Origin: Escherichia phage vB_EcoM_G37-3 | Length of the DNA: 64,000 bases | Strand: one strand, 5' to 3' | Sequence record: MK327941.1 | Shown: positions 54,412-64,000 of the stretch, in pieces | Layout of the letters: each line of letters begins with the position of its first letter | Position numbering within the stretch: the first letter of the stretch is position 1 | Position numbers and translations under genes: made by a program | The notes under the pieces: generated by a model | What the model was told of the DNA's origin: nothing | Database searches by the model: none | Seen by the model: the letters and a program-made list of their open reading frames with translations, nothing else

Positions 54412-55245
54412 ATGTTCGGTTGGCACTATAATTCGTCAATTAGACGGTATATTGTATTGCTGGGTAATTTATTCTCCGGCGTACAAATTAAAAGGGTGCG
54501 TAGTGACGGTGAGCGTTTTATTAAAGTTCCTATCACCTACGCAAAGAAAGAAAAATTCATGATGAGTCTGGACAAATATAACAATATCTCAAGCGAGGAA
54601 GACGTAGCAAAGGTAGAAACTATTTTACCGCGTATGTGTCTTTCTTTGATTGATATGACATACGCCCAGAACTTTAAAACAAATATTGCAAATAAGACAG
54701 TACCAAAATATACGGCTGATGGAATCAGGAGTGTGACACAATATAATCCTGTACCATATAAGTTTACTTTCGAGTTGGGGATTTATACACGTAACGAAGA
54801 TGATATGTTTCAGATAATTGAACAGATTCTCCCTTACTTCCAGCCTCATTTTAACTGTAAGATTAAAGAACTACACGGCAATGATGTATGGATTGATCGA
54901 GATATTCAGGTCACAATTAGTTCTATTACTCCAGATGAACAGGTAGGCGAAGATAAGTTTTCTCGTCGTCGTCTTGAGTGGACCATCATGTTTGAGTTCA
55001 TCGGGTTTATCTATCCTCCAGCTACCGACGTTAAGGGGGAAATCAGAACGATTTATCTCGATTTTCATGCTAATTCTCGTGAATTAAATCCTAGCGGTAA
55101 TTTTGAATCTGTGGATCATGAGGTCGTTAAACGTGATGTTGAGCAAGAAGAATGGGATGGAACAATCAAAGAATCATATTCTAGTGATATTCCAATACCA
55201 GTTGCACCAACTCCACCGGGTCCACGTATTGTAAGAGAATTTTAA
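54412..55245 (+). CDS. 15: Tail sheath stabiliser / tail terminator gp15
   Basis: MFGWHYNSSIRRYIVLLGNLFSGVQIKR matches T4 gp15 N-terminus; ATG at 54412 with RBS AAGGGGG. Confidence 0.85.
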   Translation: MFGWHYNSSIRRYIVLLGNLFSGVQIKRVRSDGERFIKVPITYAKKEKFMMSLDKYNNISSEEDVAKVETILPRMCLSLIDMTYAQNFKTNIANKTVPKYTADGIRSVTQYNPVPYKFTFELGIYTRNEDDMFQIIEQILPYFQPHFNCKIKELHGNDVWIDRDIQVTISSITPDEQVGEDKFSRRRLEWTIMFEFIGFIYPPATDVKGEIRTIYLDFHANSRELNPSGNFESVDHEVVKRDVEQEEWDGTIKESYSSDIPIPVAPTPPGPRIVREF

Positions 55246-55258
55246 GAGGTAATTTATT

Positions 55259-57576
<2,318 letters not shown>

Positions 57577-57610
57577 ATACGATAATGCATAAAAAGATGA
57601 GGAAATTCTA

Positions 57611-59608
57611 ATGACTCTATTATCACCGGGTTTCGAAACGAAAGAAACTACTCTCTCCACTACCATTGTGCAATCTGCGACTGGTCGCGCGGCACTGGTG
57701 GGTAAATTCCAATGGGGTCCAGCTTTCCAGATTGTTCAAGTAACTAATGAAGTTGAATTAGTTAATAAATTTGGTCAGCCGGATAATAACACCGCAGACT
57801 ATTTCATGAGCGGGGCTAACTTCCTCCAGTATGGCAATGACCTGCGTGTTGTTCGTGTACTCAATAAAGAAAAAGCAAAAAACGCAACTGTCCTAGCTGG
57901 TAACGTAGAGTTTGAAATCACAAACGAAGGTTCTAACTACAAAGTAGGCGATTCAATTAAAGTAAAATACAATCGTCAGGATGTTGAAACCGCTGGCAAA
58001 GTAACCAAAGTAGATACCGAAGGTAAAATTAAAGGTATTTTCATCCCAACCGGGAAAATCATTTCTCTGGCTAAATCCATTGGTGTTTACCCTAATCTGG
58101 ATGGGTTTACCGTAGAAATCACTTCCGGCACTGGTAACTCAACTGCGGCAATTACCATTTCCAAAATTGTAACCGATTCCGGTCTTCTCTTAACGGATCT
58201 GGAAACTTCCCGTGCCAATATCACAAATCAAACTTTCTTGACTAAACTCAAGAAATATGATATGCCAGCGGTAAGTGCAATCTATGCGGGTGAGATCGGG
58301 GACTCTCTGGAAGTCGAGATCCTAGCACGTAGTGCGTTTAAGAACACCGCACCGGATCTGACAATGTATCCTTACGGCGGTACTCGCACCGCAGCACGCA
58401 ACCTGATTCCATATGCACCGCAGAATGATAATCAATATGCGTTTATTGTTCGTCGTGATGGTGTTGTGGTAGAATCCTATGTACTGTCTACTCTGAAAGG
58501 GGATAAAGACGTATACGGCAATTCTATCTATATGGACGACTTCTTTGCTCGTGGTTCTAGCCAGTACATCTATGCAACCGCTCAGGGCTGGGTAGATGGT
58601 TTCAGTGGTATTATCTCTCTTGCTGGTGGTGTGTCTGCTAACGAAGCAACGATCGGTGGAGTTGGTGCTGATCCGTTCATCGGTGCGATGATGCAAGGTT
58701 GGGATCTGTTTGCTGAACGAGAATCTATTCACGTAAACCTGTTGATTGCTGGTGCATGTGCTGGCGAAGGCGATGCGTTCTCTACCGTACAGAAACATGC
58801 TGTTTCCATCGGTGATGAGCGTCAGGATTGCTTAGTAATGGTTTCTCCGCCGCGTAGCACTGTTGTTAATATTCCGGTGACTACTGCAATTGATAACCTG
58901 ATTGCATGGCGCGAAGGTTCAGGAAACTATAATGAAAACAACATGAACATTAATACCACTTACGCGGTTATTGATGGTAACTACAAATATCAGTATGACA
59001 AATACAACGACGTAAACCGTTGGGTTCCGTTGGCTGCTGATATTGCTGGTTTGTGCGCTCGTACTGATGCTGTATCCCAGCCGTGGATGAGTCCGGCAGG
59101 TTATAACCGTGGTCAGATCATGAACGTGGTTAAACTGGCAATTGAGCCTCGTAAGGCGCACCGCGATCGTCTGTATCAGGCCGCAATTAACCCGGTAATC
59201 GGTGCTGGCGGTGAAGGGTTTATCCTAATGGGTGATAAAACCGCTACGACTGTTCCTAGCCCGTTTGACCGCATTAACGTTCGTCGTCTGTTTAACATGC
59301 TGAAAAAGAATATCGGCGATTCAAGCAAATACAAACTGTTTGAAAACAACGATAACTTTACTCGCGCTTCCTTCCGTATGGAGGTTTCGCAATATCTCAG
59401 CACGATTCGCTCTCTGGGTGGCATTTATGACTTCCGAGTACAATGCGACACCACGAATAACACGCCGGATGTAATTGATCGTAACGAATTTGTTGCTAGT
59501 ATGTTCATCAAACCAGCAAAATCGATCAACTATATCATGCTCAATTTCACTGCTGTTGCAACTGGTTCTGATTTTGACGAAATTATCGGTCCAGCTAACC
59601 AGGCATAA
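57611..59608 (+). CDS. 18: Tail sheath protein gp18
   Basis: MTLLSPGFETKETT... and extensive identity blocks with T4 gp18. Confidence 0.95.
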   Translation: MTLLSPGFETKETTLSTTIVQSATGRAALVGKFQWGPAFQIVQVTNEVELVNKFGQPDNNTADYFMSGANFLQYGNDLRVVRVLNKEKAKNATVLAGNVEFEITNEGSNYKVGDSIKVKYNRQDVETAGKVTKVDTEGKIKGIFIPTGKIISLAKSIGVYPNLDGFTVEITSGTGNSTAAITISKIVTDSGLLLTDLETSRANITNQTFLTKLKKYDMPAVSAIYAGEIGDSLEVEILARSAFKNTAPDLTMYPYGGTRTAARNLIPYAPQNDNQYAFIVRRDGVVVESYVLSTLKGDKDVYGNSIYMDDFFARGSSQYIYATAQGWVDGFSGIISLAGGVSANEATIGGVGADPFIGAMMQGWDLFAERESIHVNLLIAGACAGEGDAFSTVQKHAVSIGDERQDCLVMVSPPRSTVVNIPVTTAIDNLIAWREGSGNYNENNMNINTTYAVIDGNYKYQYDKYNDVNRWVPLAADIAGLCARTDAVSQPWMSPAGYNRGQIMNVVKLAIEPRKAHRDRLYQAAINPVIGAGGEGFILMGDKTATTVPSPFDRINVRRLFNMLKKNIGDSSKYKLFENNDNFTRASFRMEVSQYLSTIRSLGGIYDFRVQCDTTNNTPDVIDRNEFVASMFIKPAKSINYIMLNFTAVATGSDFDEIIGPANQA

Positions 59609-59641
59609 TCAGTAAATTAGCATAGATTAAAAGTTAAATCA

Positions 59642-59661
59642 AGCGGGGAGAAAATCCCCGC
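59642..59661 (+). other. Conserved stem-loop between genes 18 and 19
   Basis: AGCGGGGAG-AAAA-TCCCCGCT hairpin. Confidence 0.5.
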
Positions 59662-59681
59662 TCTATTAAGGAATATCAATT

Positions 59682-60176
59682 ATGGCACTCGATTTGAATG
59701 ATATTACACGCGGTTTCGAGTCTGGCGATTTTGCTCGTCCTAACCTGTTTGAAGTTGAGATACCGTATCTGGGGCAAAACTTTAAGCTGATGTGTAAGGC
59801 TGCGACTGTCCCGGCTGCTACCGTAGAAAAAATTGCTGTAGGCTATCAAAACCGTAAAATTAACATCGCTGGCGACCGTGTATACGACGACTGGACCATC
59901 ACTGTATTCAACGATGACGCACACAAGATCCGTGATGCTATCGTTGCATGGAGCGATCAGACACACGGCACTGGTTCGGCGATCACTGGTGCAACTCCTG
60001 CACAATATAAGAAACAAGCTATTGTTCGTCAACTTAACCGTAACACCGAATCAACTAGCGAAAAAACATTGTACGGTATTTTCCCAACCAACGTTGGTGA
60101 AGTAACCCTCGATTGGGAACAAAACAACGAAGTTGAAACGTTTGAAGTTACTTTTGCTATCGATTGGGTAGAATAA
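59682..60176 (+). CDS. 19: Tail tube protein gp19
   Basis: 164-aa ORF between sheath and portal genes, size and position as T4 gp19. Confidence 0.88.
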   Translation: MALDLNDITRGFESGDFARPNLFEVEIPYLGQNFKLMCKAATVPAATVEKIAVGYQNRKINIAGDRVYDDWTITVFNDDAHKIRDAIVAWSDQTHGTGSAITGATPAQYKKQAIVRQLNRNTESTSEKTLYGIFPTNVGEVTLDWEQNNEVETFEVTFAIDWVE

Positions 60177-60188
60177 ATATATTATCAT

Positions 60189-60207
60189 GCGGGGAGAAGT
60201 TCCCCGC
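60189..60207 (+). other. Conserved stem-loop between genes 19 and 20
   Basis: GCGGGGAGAAGTTCCCCGC hairpin, near-identical to hairpin at 59642-59661. Confidence 0.5.
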
Positions 60208-60234
60208 CTAATTTCTCCCAATTCGAGGTGAATA

Positions 60235-61800
60235 ATGTTTAGTAGATTAAAAATGCTTGCGCGTTGGGCTGATTTTGACAACGACAAATACGAAGAACAA
60301 ATTAAAGATAAAGCAGAGTCTATCGCCGCACCTAAAAACAATGATGGTGCTACGGAAGTAGAAATTAATGATAATTCACCTGCTAGCTCGTGGAACTCTC
60401 TTACCCAGCAATTTTACAGCACCGACCAGAAAATCAGCACAACTAAGCAATTAGTTAACACATATCGCGGTTTGATGAATAACCATGAAGTCGAAAACGC
60501 TGTACAAAATATCGTTAACGATGCGATTGTATTTGAAGAAGGTCATGAAGTTGTTTCATTAAATCTTGAGGCGACTGGCTTTAGTGAATCTGTAAAAGAG
60601 CGCATTCATGAAGAATTTAAAGATCTTTTAAACACTATCCAGTTTGATAGACGCGGTCAGGATATGTTCCGTCGCTGGTATGTCGATTCTCGTATTTTCT
60701 TCCATAAAATCATCGGCAAAAATCCAAAAGATGGTATCATAGAATTACGCCAGCTTGACCCACGTAATCTTGAATACGTTCGAGAGATCATTACAGAAGA
60801 CACACCGGAAGGTAAAATTTATAAAGCAACGAAAGAATATTTCATTTACACTGTAGGCAATAGCTCTTATTGCGCAGGTGGTCAAGTATTCTCTCCTAAT
60901 AGTCGCGTTAAAATCCCGCGTAGTGCTATTACATACGCTCACAGCGGCTTGATGGATTGCGATGATAAATATATCATTGGTTATTTGCATCGGGCTGTTA
61001 AGCCAGCAAACCAGCTTAAATTGTTGGAAGACGCAATGGTCGTTTATCGTATCACGCGTGCACCGGAACGCCGAGTGTTCTTTATTGATACCGGAAACAT
61101 GAACAACCGCAAGGCTGCACAGCACATGAACTCAGTGGCACAGTCTTTTAAAAACCGCGTTGTTTATGATGCATCGACTGGTAAACTTAAAAACCAGCAA
61201 GCAAATCTATCAATGACAGAGGACTACTGGTTACAGCGTCGAGATGGTAAAGCAATCACCGACGTTACTACTTTACCAGGTGCATCCGGTATGAGTGATA
61301 TCGATGATATTCGCTACTTTAACCGTAAATTGTATGAAGCGTTGCGTGTGCCATTGTCACGTAGCAATCTCTCCGATGCAAATATGGTGATCGGTGGTGA
61401 CGGTTCAGAAATTACTCGCGATGAGTTGGAATTTTCGAAATTCATTAGAACTCTGCAATCACAGTTTTCGGAAGTATTGCGCGATCCGCTTAAATATAAT
61501 CTGATTCTCAAAAATGTAATTACGGAAGACGATTGGGATCGTGAAATAAATAATATCAAGGTGGTTTTCCATCGGGACTCTTACTATACAGAAGTTAAAG
61601 ACGCGGAAATTTTAGAGCGTCGAATCGGTCTAATCGAACGTATTACACCTTACATTGGTAAATATTTCTCTAACCAGACAGTGATGCGTGACATTCTGAA
61701 ATATACCGATGACCAGATGGACACCGAGAAGAAACAGATCGAAGAAGAAGCGAACGATCCGCGCTTTAAACAAACTCCCGATGAAATAGAGGATTTTTAA
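60235..61800 (+). CDS. 20: Portal vertex protein gp20
   Basis: Identity blocks with T4 gp20 (RRWYVDSRIFFHKII, GYLHRAVKPANQLKLLEDA, MTEDYWLQRRDGKA). Confidence 0.92.
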   Translation: MFSRLKMLARWADFDNDKYEEQIKDKAESIAAPKNNDGATEVEINDNSPASSWNSLTQQFYSTDQKISTTKQLVNTYRGLMNNHEVENAVQNIVNDAIVFEEGHEVVSLNLEATGFSESVKERIHEEFKDLLNTIQFDRRGQDMFRRWYVDSRIFFHKIIGKNPKDGIIELRQLDPRNLEYVREIITEDTPEGKIYKATKEYFIYTVGNSSYCAGGQVFSPNSRVKIPRSAITYAHSGLMDCDDKYIIGYLHRAVKPANQLKLLEDAMVVYRITRAPERRVFFIDTGNMNNRKAAQHMNSVAQSFKNRVVYDASTGKLKNQQANLSMTEDYWLQRRDGKAITDVTTLPGASGMSDIDDIRYFNRKLYEALRVPLSRSNLSDANMVIGGDGSEITRDELEFSKFIRTLQSQFSEVLRDPLKYNLILKNVITEDDWDREINNIKVVFHRDSYYTEVKDAEILERRIGLIERITPYIGKYFSNQTVMRDILKYTDDQMDTEKKQIEEEANDPRFKQTPDEIEDF

Positions 61801-62043
61801 ATGAAACAATTTATCGAAGCAATTGAAACTCGCGATCTAACGCTGATCGAAAAAGAATTTGATAAGATCATGGAGGCTAAAAAAGCCCAGATCATCGAAT
61901 CCCAGCGTGTCGAAATCGCATCCAGTATCATGATCGAAGGTGAAGAAGAAAAAGACCGCGATGATGAAAAAGATATGGATGATGAGGACGACGAAGACGA
62001 AGATCGCAAAGACGATAAAAAAGACAAAGAAGACGACGAATAA
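61801..62043 (+). CDS. 67: Prohead core protein gp67
   Basis: 80-aa protein with highly acidic C-terminus, position as T4 gp67. Confidence 0.7.
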   Translation: MKQFIEAIETRDLTLIEKEFDKIMEAKKAQIIESQRVEIASSIMIEGEEEKDRDDEKDMDDEDDEDEDRKDDKKDKEDDE

Positions 62044-62055
62044 TAGGAAGCCAAC

Positions 62056-62463
62056 ATGATTAAAGATTTTACTCCTAAAGCTGACTTAGAAACTTTTCTG
62101 CCGGAAGCACAGGAAAAATTGGACATGTTGGCTATGTTTGAGTCAGAAGAACTATTGAAAATCGTTGAAGGTATCTCCGAGGATGAGCCGGAACTGGCGG
62201 TAGCAATGCTGTCTATCATCGACGGAATTACTGTAAATGAAGCAATGGTTAAACATGTAAACGCACGCGGGGAAGTTGCACGTAAGAAAGATCGCAAAAC
62301 CCGTGAGCGTAATGCTTACATGACTACTGGCCTAAGCAAAGCTAAACGCCGTCAAATTGCCCGTCGTGCTGCAAAAACCAAACGCGCAAATCCATCTATC
62401 GAACGTCATGCGGAACGTAAGCGCAAAAAAGCAATGCGTAAACGTAAGGCGTTAGGATTATAA
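62056..62463 (+). CDS. 68: Prohead core protein gp68
   Basis: 135-aa protein with basic C-terminus between gp67 and gp21. Confidence 0.65.
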   Translation: MIKDFTPKADLETFLPEAQEKLDMLAMFESEELLKIVEGISEDEPELAVAMLSIIDGITVNEAMVKHVNARGEVARKKDRKTRERNAYMTTGLSKAKRRQIARRAAKTKRANPSIERHAERKRKKAMRKRKALGL

Positions 62464-62474
62464 CAGGAAACAAC

Positions 62475-63170
62475 ATGGAAAAGAACGAATTACTGATCGA
62501 ACAATGGGGCGTTCCTGGTGCTCGCGGTAGTTCGTCATTGCTTGAATCATTTGATGATAAGGCTACAGGAAATCTCTATATTCAAGGGATTTTCCTGCAA
62601 GCCGAAACGGTAAACCGCAATAAACGCTGGTATCCTCGCAGTGTTCTAGAAAATGCGGTTACTAAATACATACATGAACAAGTTGAGACACATCAAGCTC
62701 TAGGCGAACTTAATCACCCAGCAAGAGCAATGCCAGATCCATCTAATGCTTGCATCATAATTGAAAAATTATGGTGGGAAGGTAATAACGTGATGGGTAA
62801 AGCCCGTGTTATTGAAGGGGATAAAGGCGCAGGTGATAAACTTGCGGCACTGATTCGCGCTGGCTGGATTCCTGGCGTTTCCTCCCGTGGGTTGGGTCGG
62901 TTGAAAGACTCTGGTCGCGGATACAATATTGTACAGGAAGGTTTTGTGTTGACGGTTGGTGTTGATGTTGTATGGGGTCCGAGCGCACCAGATGCGTGGG
63001 TAACTCCGGTGGTTGAGTCAACGGATAGCGATTCTAGCGCGTCAGACGCACCAGAAATCGATAAAACCGAAAAAGTGACTAACCCTACAGCCTCACAACA
63101 AAACATCGTAGAATTGAATAATAGCGCGTTTATGGCGCTCGCAGAAGCGTTATCTAAACGCTATAAATAA
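62475..63170 (+). CDS. 21: Prohead core scaffold protease gp21
   Basis: 231-aa ORF at gene 21 position; assignment by position and memory of T4 gp21 pattern. Confidence 0.85.
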   Translation: MEKNELLIEQWGVPGARGSSSLLESFDDKATGNLYIQGIFLQAETVNRNKRWYPRSVLENAVTKYIHEQVETHQALGELNHPARAMPDPSNACIIIEKLWWEGNNVMGKARVIEGDKGAGDKLAALIRAGWIPGVSSRGLGRLKDSGRGYNIVQEGFVLTVGVDVVWGPSAPDAWVTPVVESTDSDSSASDAPEIDKTEKVTNPTASQQNIVELNNSAFMALAEALSKRYK

Positions 63171-63201
63171 TAACGTCGTTATCAACAAGAAGGTTATAAC
63201 C

Positions 63202-63996
63202 ATGCTTAAAGAAATGCTGCTCGAAGAAGCAAAACAGATCACCGTAGACGTTGCTCTCGATGACCTGTTTGAATCCGTCGAACTGTCGCCGGAAGTAAAA
63301 GAAAATTTTGGTACTATCTACGCTCAGGCGGTAAAAGCTAATGCTGTTGCTCTGGCAGAAAGCCACATTGAAAAAATCGCCGCTAAAGCCGATGAACTGG
63401 TAGAATCAAAGGTCGAAGAAGCACGCACCGAGATTGAAACCAAACTGTACGAAGATGCAGATAAATTCCTGAATCACTTAGGCGCTAAATGGCTGGCAGA
63501 AAATAAAGAAGCCGTTACCCGTAATATTAAAGCGGATCTGTGCGAATCCCTGATTGGTTCTCTGAAAGATGTTTTCGTTACTCACAATGTTGTAGTACCG
63601 GAAGAATCTGTAGACGTTGTTGCTGAACTTGACGAAGCACTCAAAGAAGAAAAAGAAAAAACCTCTGAACTCTTTGATGCCAAACTGCAACTTGAAAGCG
63701 AAATTCGTGGCATGAAGCGCGAACAAGCGATCAATGAAAGCACTCGTGATCTTTCCGATACTCAGAAAGAAAAAGTAACCGCGCTGATTGAAGGTCTGGA
63801 ATATAGCGAAACTTTCGATAAGAAATTAACTGCAATTGTCGAAATGGTTGCTAAGAAAGAAGACAAACCAGCGAAGATTGAAGAATCACTAAATACTGAT
63901 GCCGACAAGCTGAATGTTATTGCAGAAGCTGTCGAAGAATCAGAGAAAAAGGCAACTGTAGATTCCGGCGTATCCCGCTACCTGAATTTCATCTAA
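63202..63996 (+). CDS. 22: Prohead core scaffold protein gp22
   Basis: 264-aa acidic coiled-coil protein following gp21. Confidence 0.8.
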   Translation: MLKEMLLEEAKQITVDVALDDLFESVELSPEVKENFGTIYAQAVKANAVALAESHIEKIAAKADELVESKVEEARTEIETKLYEDADKFLNHLGAKWLAENKEAVTRNIKADLCESLIGSLKDVFVTHNVVVPEESVDVVAELDEALKEEKEKTSELFDAKLQLESEIRGMKREQAINESTRDLSDTQKEKVTALIEGLEYSETFDKKLTAIVEMVAKKEDKPAKIEESLNTDADKLNVIAEAVEESEKKATVDSGVSRYLNFI

Positions 63997-64000
63997 TGTA

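Noticed and set aside
58322-59424. Minus-strand ORFs within gene 18
   Set aside because: Antisense to the highly conserved sheath gene; artifacts.
61797-62297. Minus-strand 166-aa Ser-rich ORF
   Set aside because: Antisense to gp67/gp68, whose acidic and basic codon repeats (GAA, GAT, AAA) create a low-complexity antisense frame.
62714-63106. Minus-strand ORFs within gene 21
   Set aside because: Antisense to the prohead protease gene; artifacts.

Overview
This window reads as a T4-like (Tevenvirinae-type) myovirus genome segment, identified by protein-level recognition of many T4 orthologs; no database search was run. Positions 1-34106 are a minus-strand early/hyperplastic region (nrdG, nrdD without intron, gene 49 endonuclease VII, nrdC, dam, tk, regB, 57B/57A, genes 1, 3, 2, 4) packed with small hypothetical genes. 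Positions 34162-63996 are the plus-strand late structural block (53, 5, 5.4, 6, 7, 8, 9, 10, 11, 12, wac, 13-22). Main observations: (1) at least 16 copies of a conserved early-promoter cassette carrying a GC-rich inverted repeat in the spacer or around the -10 box plus a conserved leader and RBS (PeSL-like); (2) an expanded paralog family of at least six genes flanking nrdG-nrdD, one member frameshifted at an A6 run; (3) an autonomous three-gene cassette with its own sigma70 promoter and terminator, including a second amino-methyltransferase, between baseplate genes 8 and 9; (4) four homing-endonuclease-like insertions; (5) gene 6 is split by a frameshift; (6) candidate anti-defence or accessory genes (57B/Acb1-like 2H phosphoesterase, macro-domain protein, nucleotidyltransferase-fold protein, GrcA-like glycyl-radical protein) and a T5-type M15 endolysin preceded by small membrane-protein genes. 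No rRNA, tRNA or CRISPR array was found. Coordinates of CDS starts are from manual inspection of the ORF track and may be off by a few codons.
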